Notes: generated by a model not told the origin, from the letters alone. A DNA stretch of 39,385 bases from a virus (IMGVR_UViG_3300012987_000003:1-39385), one strand, 5' to 3'; shown: positions 1-8,536, numbered from the stretch's first letter. Numbers and translations: made by a program.

Positions 1-123
1 GAATCCGCATACATACCCGCCGTTACATGGCGCGTGCGGCGTGCTCATTCCGCAGGTGGGGCAGGGACGGGGCGCGGTCATGCGTCGCTCGGCTGCATAG
101 CGCGGATCATGTCTGCTAACTGC
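1..123. repeat. Terminal direct repeat, left copy (circular assembly overlap or terminal redundancy)
   Basis: 1-123 is identical to 39263-39385 (gaatccgcat...gctaactgc); unique length 39,262 bp. Confidence 0.97.
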
Positions 124-389
124 GTATCTCTGTCAACGAACATGTGAGAAACGCGAATGTCCCTGTGGTTCTTCACCACATTCGCCGCCTGCTCCCGCGC
201 CTGCTCGTATCCGCGCTGCTTAGCGGCGGCTACTTCCGCAATATGTAGATCGTTGCGCAGATAGGACGCTGGCTTCATGGGCTGTTTGCATTGGATACAG
301 TCCATTGGCGAATCGCTTATCCCGCTGGACGGAAATTCACACTCTTCGTTTTCGCAGTACCATATGATAAATTCCCTGCTTTTATTCAT
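78..389 (-). CDS. Hypothetical Zn-ribbon protein
   Basis: Likely start ATG 389 (MNKSREF) just after the upstream stop; CENEEC and CIQC motifs. Confidence 0.6.
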   Translation of the reverse strand: MNKSREFIIWYCENEECEFPSSGISDSPMDCIQCKQPMKPASYLRNDLHIAEVAAAKQRGYEQAREQAANVVKNHRDIRVSHMFVDRDTQLADMIRAMQPSDA

Positions 390-390
390 C

Positions 391-600
391 TCATCCTTCT
401 CTTTCGCGTCCGCAGCGCCTGCACTTGTAGCCGCTGCGTATCGGGTAATGTGGTTTGTAGCCAGAACATTCCGGGCAGAATAGCTGCCTGTCGTTGCTGG
501 CGTCAACTGGAGCGTCAGGCTCCGGCGTGGTCAGATGGGGTATGTGCCGCTCAGGACTGGCGCGGGGTGGTGCGTGGAACTGGCCTGGGGTGCGGGTCAT
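391..600 (-). CDS. Small Zn-ribbon protein
   Basis: ATG 600 overlaps upstream TGA (ATGA); CPEC...CRRC. Confidence 0.55.
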   Translation of the reverse strand: MTRTPGQFHAPPRASPERHIPHLTTPEPDAPVDASNDRQLFCPECSGYKPHYPIRSGYKCRRCGREREG

Positions 601-770
601 ACGTCCTTCTTTACCCAAGGCATCATGCCCCGCTTGACAACGAGAAAAACAGATTGGCAGCTTCTGCACCTTACTTTCGTTAAATCCTTCACGCCTTGCG
701 CGTGTGGGTGTTCAGGATGCGAAAGCGTTTTCTTTCCACACTTTGGACACGGCTTACCGACTAAATTCAT
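597..770 (-). CDS. 57-aa Zn-ribbon protein (not in the ORF track)
   Basis: Hand translation MNLVGKPCPKCGKKTLSHPEHPHAQGVKDLTKVRCRSCQSVFLVVKRGMMPWVKKDV; GGAG upstream; stop coupled to the next gene. Confidence 0.6.
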   Translation of the reverse strand: MNLVGKPCPKCGKKTLSHPEHPHAQGVKDLTKVRCRSCQSVFLVVKRGMMPWVKKDV

Positions 771-816
771 CTCCACGCCCCCACGGCCTCGCGGGGGATG
801 ATGCGATTGTTAGTAT

Positions 817-1179
817 TCACTCTCGGCTCCTTTCGTTGCCGCATGGACAAACGTTATTGACGTGATCCGTGTACGTTCCGCATTTCGTGCAGTAGTGATT
901 GCCGCTCAGTTTCGCAGTCTCGATAATCATCTTCTTGCGCGGCCTTGACCTATCACGCATCAACTTTGCGTATGCTTCGCATTCTGGCGTGGCATAAATG
1001 CGCCGTCCGTCGCGGTTGCTCTTCGTGAACGACACCGGGCAACCTTTGCGCCCACAGGTACAAACCATCTGCACAGTACCAGCCCGGACGTACTTCGACT
1101 TTCGCGCTGGCTTGACGTTTTGCAGGATCAGCCAGGCCGGGCCGGAATAAATGTCAACGTCTCGCGGACTAGTATCCAT
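817..1179 (-). CDS. Cys-rich hypothetical protein
   Basis: CTCGRKGC, CTKC, CPC motifs; overlaps upstream ORF end. Confidence 0.6.
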   Translation of the reverse strand: MDTSPRDVDIYSGPAWLILQNVKPARKSKYVRAGTVQMVCTCGRKGCPVSFTKSNRDGRRIYATPECEAYAKLMRDRSRPRKKMIIETAKLSGNHYCTKCGTYTDHVNNVCPCGNERSRE

Positions 1180-1396
1180 TGGCTTTTCCCGCCCAATGTA
1201 TTGCTTTTTTCTGGCACATGCCCGCGTTTACGTTATGCGATTCGGCGGCGAAGTCGTCGGCCAGCGCCTGCCACATTGCGGACAGCGCCAGCATATCATC
1301 GCGTGTTTCAGGAACGATAGCGCCCAAGTCGCGGCGGCGGTTGCACAGGTCAACAAATTCTGGTGAAAATTGAAGGTCGAGCGTTTGAAATGTCAT
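1169..1396 (-). CDS. Hypothetical protein
   Basis: ATGA overlap with the loader gene stop. Confidence 0.6.
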   Translation of the reverse strand: MTFQTLDLQFSPEFVDLCNRRRDLGAIVPETRDDMLALSAMWQALADDFAAESHNVNAGMCQKKAIHWAGKANGY

Positions 1397-2061
1397 TTTG
1401 TTTTAGCCTTTCCAATTGCGGGGCGCATGTCGCTGTCTCGGTTTTCAATGGCGGGAAATTCGCGCATACGAGAAACCACCGCGCCCCAGGGGATTGTGGA
1501 GAAGTCTCCATTCCACGCGAATACCGTTCCGAGCGTGGATTTATTGCGGTATCGTTCGTCAATCAAATGTTGCTGCATGTCGGCTGCATAGGGCGTATCG
1601 CGGGCCTTATCAAACTCATCAATCACTAACACCGGGATTTTTGCGAGGCGCTCAATCCTACCCCGATCTGTTTCCATCACCTTTTTGTCAAACGCATCAT
1701 ACAGATAGTCCATGAGTTGATGCGCCGTCAGGTATCGCGCTTCGATGCCCTGATCTAAACAGGCGTTGACGATTGCCATGAGCGCGATTGTCTTGCCGTT
1801 GCCATAGGAGCCGTAGAAGGACAGGAAGCCAAAAGGATTAGAGATAAACGCCATTGTCGCCGCTTTCATGCGTTGCGCGTCTTCCCGGCCTATCGTTATC
1901 AGGTTGGCAATCGTGATATTGCGCTCGTGCTCCTGTAATCCGCTGTTGATCGTTACCGCTCGTTGGTTGCACTTCTGGCAAGGAATAATCCTTCCAAAGC
2001 GCGGGTCAGTGATTGGCAAATCGTAGCGGATGTAGCTCATCCCGGCGCAGTAGTCACACAC
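1393..2061 (-). CDS. DnaC/IstB-like AAA+ ATPase (helicase loader) with N-terminal Zn motif
   Basis: Walker A GSYGNGKT, Walker B VLVIDE, CDYC...CQKC, SRMRE arginine-finger region; follows the initiator. Start uncertain: GTG 2061 overlapping the initiator stop is preferred over 2205. Confidence 0.9.
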   Translation of the reverse strand: MCDYCAGMSYIRYDLPITDPRFGRIIPCQKCNQRAVTINSGLQEHERNITIANLITIGREDAQRMKAATMAFISNPFGFLSFYGSYGNGKTIALMAIVNACLDQGIEARYLTAHQLMDYLYDAFDKKVMETDRGRIERLAKIPVLVIDEFDKARDTPYAADMQQHLIDERYRNKSTLGTVFAWNGDFSTIPWGAVVSRMREFPAIENRDSDMRPAIGKAKTK

Positions 2062-2863
2062 GGCTGGGCTGGGCTTGCATGGCAAGGACGAGGCGGGCGG
2101 CTTCGATGTCGGCTGTACTTGGTTCCGAGATTGGCGCTCTTTCTCGTTGCGGGCCATTGCTGCGATTGTATCCACTGTTTTGTGCCTTTCTGGGGGGGAT
2201 GCCATCCCGCGCCCATTCTAAATAGCCGATGACGTTTGACGATTTATAGCCGCGCATTGTCCACTCTTTGAAGGCGGCGGCTATGTTTTCCTTCGTGAGT
2301 TTTTCGGGGGATTCTCGTATCAGGTCGTAAATACCCTCGATAACGAAAGAGCCAGGGCTCCATGATGTAGCCTGAATGAATAGGTGCAGTTCGGGAATTT
2401 TGTAGTAGTCAATGGGGTTCAGGTTTTTGAAGTCTGGGCGGATTGGTTCTGGCTGCGCTTTCGGTTCTTTTTTTAATTCTTTCTTAACTTCTTTCTTTGT
2501 GTCAATATTTTTGACAGGTGGTTGTAAATCTTTTTGACAGGTGGTTGTTATACCTGTAAAGGAAATTGACAGGTTGGCCTTTCCGGTATCGGCGTATTCG
2601 TGAGGCAGGCCAACTAAATTGGGCGTGTTATCTCTAAGGTACCCGGCTTCACAAAGTTTCTTTAGGTGCGTGTTTACGGTGGCGCGGCTTATGTCTAATT
2701 CATCTGCGATGCGCTCCTGGGCGGCTTTGCACACGCCGTCCGCCATCTGGCAGTATCGCCACGCCTTACCAAACACGGCGGCGGTGATTAGGCCGACTTC
2801 GGATACCACGCCATCGATCAATGGCGTGAATCCGTCTACTTGGGCGAGAATTGTTTTGCTCAT
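2054..2863 (-). CDS. Phage replication initiator (N-terminal winged HTH, DnaD-like C-terminus)
   Basis: AQERIADELDISRATVNTHLKKLCEAGYL HTH; Lys-rich linker; C-terminal NVIGYLEWARDG; ATG 2863 coupled to the upstream stop; adjacent to the loader. Confidence 0.8.
   Translation of the reverse strand: MSKTILAQVDGFTPLIDGVVSEVGLITAAVFGKAWRYCQMADGVCKAAQERIADELDISRATVNTHLKKLCEAGYLRDNTPNLVGLPHEYADTGKANLSISFTGITTTCQKDLQPPVKNIDTKKEVKKELKKEPKAQPEPIRPDFKNLNPIDYYKIPELHLFIQATSWSPGSFVIEGIYDLIRESPEKLTKENIAAAFKEWTMRGYKSSNVIGYLEWARDGIPPRKAQNSGYNRSNGPQRERAPISEPSTADIEAARLVLAMQAQPSRV
2461..2574. other. Putative replication origin (iterons plus T-rich tract) inside the initiator gene
   Basis: tttttgacaggtggttgt at 2508-2525 and 2531-2548, partial ttgacaggt 2566-2574, inverted partial 2552-2560, T-rich 2461-2500; lambda O-like placement. 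Confidence 0.7.
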
Positions 2864-3195
2864 GGCTGGGCCTGCTGCTGTAGTTTCGCCAGCTTCCTGA
2901 GAAGTTTTGGCAGTCTGACTTCGTTGGCAATTTGTATCGCTTCGGCTTCTGACCATGCGCGAATCGTTGTGTGCAGGAAGTTGTAATCAAACTCGAAGAA
3001 ATTTCCCCGCTGCGCTGGCGTGGTGTACGGCAGAATCAGATTGTATTTTGGTTCCCACTTTGAGCGGCCAGCGGATGCACGCATGTATGCGCCTGTTTCG
3101 GTGTCTACGGCACAGTACCCGCGAAACACAGCGGCAAACTTGTCTGTGTCAGATAAGCCGCTTTGCGAGACGGGTAACAACCGCTCCCCGCTCAT
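2860..3195 (-). CDS. Hypothetical protein
   Basis: Start ATG 3195 (MSGERL); ATGA coupling on both sides. Confidence 0.65.
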   Translation of the reverse strand: MSGERLLPVSQSGLSDTDKFAAVFRGYCAVDTETGAYMRASAGRSKWEPKYNLILPYTTPAQRGNFFEFDYNFLHTTIRAWSEAEAIQIANEVRLPKLLRKLAKLQQQAQP

Positions 3196-3524
3196 GCCGT
3201 CACCTGCGGGGCTGGAAACGGACGGGGCAGGTCGAGATACTGAGTGTATGTGATGGGCGCTGTCATAAAATCGCAGTATTCGCACTGTATCGCCATTTCC
3301 GCATCGATCAGGTCTGAGAGTTTGTACCATTGCGGGTGCGCATTGCATTTCGGGCAACCAGCGCACATGATTTCGATACGGTTGCAAAATGTCAAATGGA
3401 CATATTCGATAAAATGACCGCCCACCGTATTAAATTGACCATTCCATAAATTAGCCGGAATGCCGTCCACTTTGTACATCCATTGCGGTTCTTGCTCAAC
3501 TCCGCACATCCTAAAAGTATTCAT
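3192..3524 (-). CDS. Zn-binding hypothetical protein, first gene after the structured leader
   Basis: AGGAG RBS before ATG 3524; CPKC and CEYC motifs. Confidence 0.65.
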   Translation of the reverse strand: MNTFRMCGVEQEPQWMYKVDGIPANLWNGQFNTVGGHFIEYVHLTFCNRIEIMCAGCPKCNAHPQWYKLSDLIDAEMAIQCEYCDFMTAPITYTQYLDLPRPFPAPQVTA

Positions 3525-3543
3525 ATTCTCTCCTGTAGGAATA

Positions 3544-3643
3544 AAAAACACGCTTGCTTACTTTGCTAATGGATGGTACGGTCAGAGTGACGGCCTGCAA
3601 GCCACCGCAACCAACCATTAGCAAAATCGACAAACGTGTTTTT
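3544..3643 (-). ncRNA. Long hairpin leader RNA, C4/CI-like antisense or attenuator candidate (module 1)
   Basis: Stacked stems 3544-3552/3635-3643, 3562-3572/3615-3625, 3574-3582/3604-3613 with G-U pairs on the minus strand; loop UUGCAG and exposed ACUCUG; 3' U-tract. Confidence 0.65.
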
Positions 3644-3701
3644 GGGACGAACTCTGTTAGGTATCTTCGGGTTGCAGCCCGTCAATCAATTACTACAGTC
3701 A

Positions 3702-3729
3702 ATTATACTCGTTTCCCGTCCCAATGCAA
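3702..3729 (-). promoter_or_regulatory. Sigma70-type promoter of the replication operon
   Basis: TTGCAT(3729-3724)-16 nt-TATAAT(3707-3702). Confidence 0.7.
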
Positions 3730-3752
3730 GCACCAATTACGGCCCGGCGCTG

Positions 3753-3989
3753 CTATATTCCAAATCTTATTGCGTTGTCCGCCCTTATAGCGTTCATCGC
3801 CTTTTCCGTAGTTGCGCCGCACGACGCCTTTATCTCTACGCCTGGCGTACCCGTAAACAGAAATTTCCCCGTTGGGTGAGTAAGTCTGATATATTCGCGT
3901 GCATCCGAAATGCTTACGGCGTGTACTGCAAGAGTCCAGCTTGTACCAGGGAAACTAAAAACGTGTACTTCGTGCGGCGGCTTATTCAT
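3753..3989 (-). CDS. Hypothetical protein
   Basis: ATGA coupling, GGAG RBS. Confidence 0.55.
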   Translation of the reverse strand: MNKPPHEVHVFSFPGTSWTLAVHAVSISDAREYIRLTHPTGKFLFTGTPGVEIKASCGATTEKAMNAIRADNAIRFGI

Positions 3990-4303
3990 TCGTTCTCCTT
4001 GTGCCCGGCGCTGTCCGCGTCGAGGGCGGCTTGTGAGTTATCCGGGATTCCCGGTAAACTGAGAGTTACTTCAATCGGGAATTTATTATGCTTGCCCGTC
4101 TTCCAAACCGTGTACTCGGCCAGTCCGCGCCGTACCAGTGCTTCGACGGTTGGCGTGCCGTAGCACGGCCCATTCCAGGATGACCAGCCTTCACGCGCCC
4201 AATAGCCACCAGGGAAGCGCAACAGCTTGTTATTGTGGCGCTTCATGTGGTCAATGCAGTCCTGCATTTTCGGAGAAACTTCGTTCGACTTTGTGATGCT
4301 CAT
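3986..4303 (-). CDS. Hypothetical protein (possible winged helix)
   Basis: TPTVEALVRRGLAE pattern; RBS upstream. Confidence 0.6.
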   Translation of the reverse strand: MSITKSNEVSPKMQDCIDHMKRHNNKLLRFPGGYWAREGWSSWNGPCYGTPTVEALVRRGLAEYTVWKTGKHNKFPIEVTLSLPGIPDNSQAALDADSAGHKENE

Positions 4304-4406
4304 ATCCTATCTCCATATTCTAAAATATTCTCCCCGCGCCCGATCTACAAGCGACCAGTTGCGCCCCATCAGCAACATGCAATGCGTCAGCGGCGCGGGG
4401 GAGTTG

Positions 4407-4568
4407 TTACCTTTCGCCACGATCATCATACGGCGGCTTGTCTGTTTCGTCTGCGTTGTAGGCGCGGAAAAAGTCGTCAAGGGCCCGTGCAACCTTGAAT
4501 ACCATAATCAGATACAGCGCCGCAAACACAATACCGATTGCGGCGCTGGCGATCACTTCGGCGCTCAT
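4407..4568 (-). CDS. Small membrane protein
   Basis: MSAEVIASAAIGIVFAALYLIMVF hydrophobic helix; ATGA coupling. Confidence 0.5.
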   Translation of the reverse strand: MSAEVIASAAIGIVFAALYLIMVFKVARALDDFFRAYNADETDKPPYDDRGER

Positions 4569-4903
4569 TTCTTGCCCTGCAATCCGCTTGGGCGCTCGAC
4601 GTTCGCGATCTGCTTGCGCTGATACGGCGTCAGTTCTGGCGTAGGCGGTTCGGGTTGGGGGTCGTTCGATAAATCCACGCCATCGATTGTGGCTAAAATT
4701 GCGTGAAACCCACAGTCGCACGGCTGATTCCAAAAGTGCATTCGCAGATGCGCCCCATATTTTAGCAGCGCCGCTTCAAGAACCTTTACGCGCTCCCGAA
4801 GCGCTTCGGCTTCGCAAACAAGATGATTGCCTGTGTCTATGCTAAATATGCCGTCTGTCACTTCGCAAAAATCACAATGCGGTATATCGTTTGTATCTAT
4901 CAT
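4565..4903 (-). CDS. Hypothetical protein (CxxC plus coiled coil)
   Basis: ATG 4903 coupled to the upstream stop. Confidence 0.55.
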   Translation of the reverse strand: MIDTNDIPHCDFCEVTDGIFSIDTGNHLVCEAEALRERVKVLEAALLKYGAHLRMHFWNQPCDCGFHAILATIDGVDLSNDPQPEPPTPELTPYQRKQIANVERPSGLQGKK

Positions 4904-5094
4904 TGTCCATCTCCGAAACAAATTTTACAAGCGGCGCCATACTTCGCGGTTTCTTTCGCCCCGCGCCAGTCGTAATATACCTTCGCTGGTGTCGTCTCTG
5001 CCTTCGGTATCGCCACCCGGAAGGCGGTTATGTAGCCAATTGAGCCGAGCCTATCCGTTTTATGCACAATTCCGTCGCTGGAGATGTACGTCAT
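4900..5094 (-). CDS. Small hypothetical protein
   Basis: VH...CKIC pattern; coupled ORF chain. Confidence 0.45.
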   Translation of the reverse strand: MTYISSDGIVHKTDRLGSIGYITAFRVAIPKAETTPAKVYYDWRGAKETAKYGAACKICFGDGQ

Positions 5095-5467
5095 GGCATC
5101 CACCAGCGCACATCGGGCGCACCCGCTGCGCTGCCGAGTGCGGCGAAGATAAATACCAGGACTGCGATTGTGACGACAATTGCAATAAACGTCAGGCCGA
5201 TGTCATCGGCGGTAATTTCCCTTTTCGTTTTCATTCCTGCACCTGTGACCAATCTCCGAGCCGCAAACCAGGCTGGAGCAGCGGGTTATTCGGCATGGCG
5301 GTATTGATTGCAATCTTATTATCCTGCGCCATCGTTGGCTTTTGCAAAATAATGGTGACAATGGGTACGGGCGTCATGGCGCCTAACCTGACTTGATAAT
5401 CTCCCTGGGGCATGATAATTCCTTTGCCAGTCTACGATGCGGACTGGCACGCTCCAAGCGAGTGGAG

Positions 5468-5737
5468 TTACTGGGTTGATTTAATTGCGCGTTGTGCTGC
5501 GCCGGGGCCGTTATCGCGGTCATAGAGCCACGGATCAAAGGTGTCTTTCTCGAGATTTACCTTCATCACTCGGCCCTTGAGATAGTCGAAACTCTTGTGT
5601 TCTGCGAGAAGGATTTCGGCTTCTTTTTCGGTCATAGCTTCTGGGGTGTAGTGCAGAAGCCCCATACCTTGCGGCTTCGATGCGTTGTAAAGCGCCGCGA
5701 GTACCTTGGCTTTGCTATGGTTGCTGATGTCAATCAT
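5468..5737 (-). CDS. Conserved phage hypothetical protein
   Basis: AAGGAG RBS before ATG 5737; KAKVLAALYN...FDYLKGRVMKV...LYDRDNG recalled as a recurrent phage family. Confidence 0.75.
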   Translation of the reverse strand: MIDISNHSKAKVLAALYNASKPQGMGLLHYTPEAMTEKEAEILLAEHKSFDYLKGRVMKVNLEKDTFDPWLYDRDNGPGAAQRAIKSTQ

Positions 5738-5861
5738 AATTACTCCTTGTCCGGTGATTGTCAGCGCCGGTACTGTGAACACTTCGCGGATACGTTATCG
5801 CCCTGCTGCCTATTCAACCGCACTGTACGGGTCGCATCATTCGGCGCGGGCGTAGATGCGC

Positions 5862-7127
5862 TCAGTAGGGTAGTCCGTACTCCGTATTAGCGTATTGCGC
5901 GGAATCTTGCGCTGTGCGGACTTCTGTCGTTTTTTCGTCGCGGTGGGTTCGATAAATCTTTCCCCATCGCATAATCTCTGCTTCCGTTGCGCCTGCTGGC
6001 AAGATCGACATATCCAGCATTGCACGGGCGTTGTACTCATTTTTTGCGAAGCGCTCAGAAATAAGGGCGCTTAGTTGATTCGTAGTCCACTGGATGCGGG
6101 TGGGAACTTGCTCTGGCGTGACAACGATAAGCGGCGCTTCTGGCTCTGGCTGGTCTCCCAAGTCAGGCTCAATGTCTTCAAAATCTCCATCCTGCGCAGG
6201 GTCTTGCGCACCAATGAGCGGAACTTCCGGCGCGGGGGCGTTTAGCATTTTCTGTACGTCGCCGCCAAAGGCCAGGTTACTCATTTTCGCCGTTGCGTAT
6301 TTCACCCATTCCGGGTCAGCTTCGATGTTGATGAGCCATTGTTTTGTCTGCTGCGCTGACCCGTCTGGTTTATTCCATGTTACAGATTGCTCTCGGCGAT
6401 AAATCAAGAGCGGGATACCTGCGGCGTTACCGCCGTTCAGGGTGTCGGCCCAGAACTGGATACCGTGAAGCTGTGCGTTCATCTGGAGCCGGTCATAATA
6501 CGACACACTTTTGAGTGTGAAATATACCCACCGCTCTAGTTCTGGCAGAAATAAATTCATGCGGATGGATGTCTTGAAGGGCAGGGAGAATTTCTGTCCG
6601 TTGCGCTCGTAATTGATCGTGTCGCCATTTGTCCACTGCTTGAAAGGTTGACCGTTCTTGACGAAATACTCTTTAGTTTGGAGTGGGTTCTTTTCCCAGA
6701 GATATTGCTCGTCGTTGGCTTCGGCTATCTGGGTTCCGTTGTTATTAACAACGTTCGCCCACTGAAAAGAGTCGAGAATATTACGGCACGGCACAATGGC
6801 GCGGATCGTCTTTAGCTCAAAGCCGTCTGGCGTAGCGTAAATACCAGGGCGGCGATAGTTCATGTTGTACTCTGTAAACTCCCCGCTGTGAACGCTGTAG
6901 AATTTTTCTTTCACACTCCACTTTCTGGGGTCTTCTGGTAGTTTCTTGTCTGCGCTCAATTCACCTGTCCCTGGCAAAAACTCAAACCGGAAACAGTTTT
7001 TCAGATCGGAACCGAGACCCCAAAACTTTTCGCCGTTTTTCTTTTTCATCTCAATCTTGGGTGTGCCTTTTCGAATGACGGCGGCTTGTGGAAAAGCTTC
7101 TTGTTGACGCGGGGTAATGTTGTTCAT
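5862..7127 (-). CDS. Gp3-like (recombination directionality factor-like) protein
   Basis: N-terminal FPQAAVIRKG...DLKNCFRF and GIPLLIYRR motifs resemble the phiC31 gp3-like family; sits in the recombinase/SSAP slot; AGGAG RBS. Confidence 0.6.
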   Translation of the reverse strand: MNNITPRQQEAFPQAAVIRKGTPKIEMKKKNGEKFWGLGSDLKNCFRFEFLPGTGELSADKKLPEDPRKWSVKEKFYSVHSGEFTEYNMNYRRPGIYATPDGFELKTIRAIVPCRNILDSFQWANVVNNNGTQIAEANDEQYLWEKNPLQTKEYFVKNGQPFKQWTNGDTINYERNGQKFSLPFKTSIRMNLFLPELERWVYFTLKSVSYYDRLQMNAQLHGIQFWADTLNGGNAAGIPLLIYRREQSVTWNKPDGSAQQTKQWLINIEADPEWVKYATAKMSNLAFGGDVQKMLNAPAPEVPLIGAQDPAQDGDFEDIEPDLGDQPEPEAPLIVVTPEQVPTRIQWTTNQLSALISERFAKNEYNARAMLDMSILPAGATEAEIMRWGKIYRTHRDEKTTEVRTAQDSAQYANTEYGLPY

Positions 7128-7136
7128 GTAATTCTC

Positions 7137-7442
7137 CTAAAATCCTAAGTCTGATAAATTTTGCGCTTGCGTCTGGCGTATCGTGTTTAGCCAGGGAACA
7201 TAATCGCGCATGGCGTCTTTGGCGGCTCTTGATCGTTGCTCGCTCTCTTCAAAGCGACGTTTTACGTGTTTTCGCGTGATGTACCCCTTTGTATCTGCGC
7301 CACATCTCACACACTCAACCACCCATCCGCCCGACTCTGGCCTGTTCACCAGATAGTCCCAGCACGCGGCGCAAAAGTGAGAATCTTGAAAATCACAGGC
7401 GTCCATCTGCGTCCTGAATACCTGCAATTCGTAGGGATTCAT
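7137..7442 (-). CDS. Zn-ribbon hypothetical protein
   Basis: CAAC...CVRC. Confidence 0.65.
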   Translation of the reverse strand: MNPYELQVFRTQMDACDFQDSHFCAACWDYLVNRPESGGWVVECVRCGADTKGYITRKHVKRRFEESEQRSRAAKDAMRDYVPWLNTIRQTQAQNLSDLGF

Positions 7443-7780
7443 AGCGGCCCGGCCTTCAAAAGATTGCGCCCGAACGCGTAGTCATCCATTGCGCCGTTCT
7501 CGCGTTCGATGGCCTGCTGCAAATCGACCATCTGTAGATAAATTTCGTCTGCGGCTTCCTTGCTCGTCGGTTCGTCAAGGCTGCGCTCCAGCGCTTCGAG
7601 TTGGCCGCGCATGATTTCAACGGGAAGCAGGGCAGGCGTAGGCCATAGCGCTTCTGTCAAGTCGGCCAACTGCAACTCTTCGACTTCGCCGCGCTGGCGG
7701 TTCTGGTCTTCGGGGATACCCAAGAGACGATCCCATTCCGCGTACAATTCTTTTCGTGTCCAGTGTACGTAGGTGTTCAT
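7439..7780 (-). CDS. Hypothetical helical protein
   Basis: ATG 7780 (MNTYVHW) coupled to the upstream stop. Confidence 0.6.
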   Translation of the reverse strand: MNTYVHWTRKELYAEWDRLLGIPEDQNRQRGEVEELQLADLTEALWPTPALLPVEIMRGQLEALERSLDEPTSKEAADEIYLQMVDLQQAIERENGAMDDYAFGRNLLKAGPL

Positions 7781-7881
7781 TTCGCCACCGCCACGATGAT
7801 GACGCCTGCCACGATGATGACGGCCATTAGCAGGCCGATGACGGTGTATAACACTGTGTAGTTCTGTTTCTTGGATAGCAT
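7777..7881 (-). CDS. 34-aa single-pass membrane peptide
   Basis: AAGGAG RBS; MLSKKQNYTVLYTVIGLLMAVIIVAGVIIVAVAK. Confidence 0.6.
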   Translation of the reverse strand: MLSKKQNYTVLYTVIGLLMAVIIVAGVIIVAVAK

Positions 7882-7892
7882 GGTGATGCTCC

Positions 7893-8210
7893 TTATTTTG
7901 CAAAAGCGATGGCGGCGCGGGCTACAGAGACCATAGACTCTACGATTCGGCTGTAGTCTTGCCAATCTTCGGCTTGCGATACTGTGCTCGAAAGTTCTGC
8001 GATTTCGCTCATCGCAACGAACAGAGCATCTCGCTGAGTGGTGATGGCGGCGATTTGTGCATCTTTGTCGTTTAGTTGCGCCCGAATCTCCAGCGCGCCG
8101 ATAGACTTGTCTTCACCCTTCTTTTCGTAATCCAGCACAATCCATTTCTTATCATCTTCCGTCATGTCTGCGCTGCGAAGGTCTACTAAGTACCGATATT
8201 TTTGTGTCAT
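7893..8210 (-). CDS. Coiled-coil hypothetical protein
   Basis: AAGGAG RBS. Confidence 0.7.
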   Translation of the reverse strand: MTQKYRYLVDLRSADMTEDDKKWIVLDYEKKGEDKSIGALEIRAQLNDKDAQIAAITTQRDALFVAMSEIAELSSTVSQAEDWQDYSRIVESMVSVARAAIAFAK

Positions 8211-8235
8211 GCTTGCTCCTTGCCTGGTGGGGCGG

Positions 8236-8472
8236 TTATAGTGAATTGAGAATGTATTTCACAAATGCGGTAGAAACGCCACCATAAGCTTTGTGCGTGC
8301 GCTGGTGGATATTTTTACAAAACGCACCTACATTCACGACGCTCTCGACAATCATTTCGGCGCGATGGGTCAGGCGAAGACTTAGATAATTCTCGTAAGC
8401 AGCCTGAGAAACACCGCTACTTGTTTCGTCTACAAAAAATTTCTTTACTTTCATTTCGCCTAAAGTTTCCAT
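8236..8472 (-). CDS. First gene of the leftward early operon, hypothetical
   Basis: AGGAG RBS, directly downstream of the consensus promoter. Confidence 0.7.
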   Translation of the reverse strand: METLGEMKVKKFFVDETSSGVSQAAYENYLSLRLTHRAEMIVESVVNVGAFCKNIHQRTHKAYGGVSTAFVKYILNSL

Positions 8473-8508
8473 CTGATTTCTCCTGAATGTTTCGGTCTGA
8501 TAAATACA

Positions 8509-8536
8509 ATTATAACCGGTTTATAAACCGTGTCAA
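8509..8536 (-). promoter_or_regulatory. Strong leftward early promoter with a palindromic operator in the spacer
   Basis: TTGACA(8536-8531)-16 nt-TATAAT(8514-8509); perfect palindrome cggtttataaaccg 8517-8530. Confidence 0.85.

Noticed and set aside
1-123. 123-nt repeat as a true physical terminal repeat
   Set aside because: It falls inside coding sequence and is more simply explained as assembler overlap; the physical ends cannot be determined from sequence alone
2054-2205. Apparent 152-nt overlap of the initiator and loader ORFs
   Set aside because: A GTG at 2061 next to the initiator stop keeps the Zn motif and removes most of the overlap
5414-5861. Short hairpins in the gaps flanking the 5468-5737 gene
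   Set aside because: Isolated 5-8 bp stems with no promoter, target boxes or U-tract; insufficient support for an RNA element
7790-7822. 15-nt direct repeat gccacgatgatgacg with an 18-nt period
   Set aside because: Only two copies; explained by a VIIVA duplication in a TM peptide, so not CRISPR
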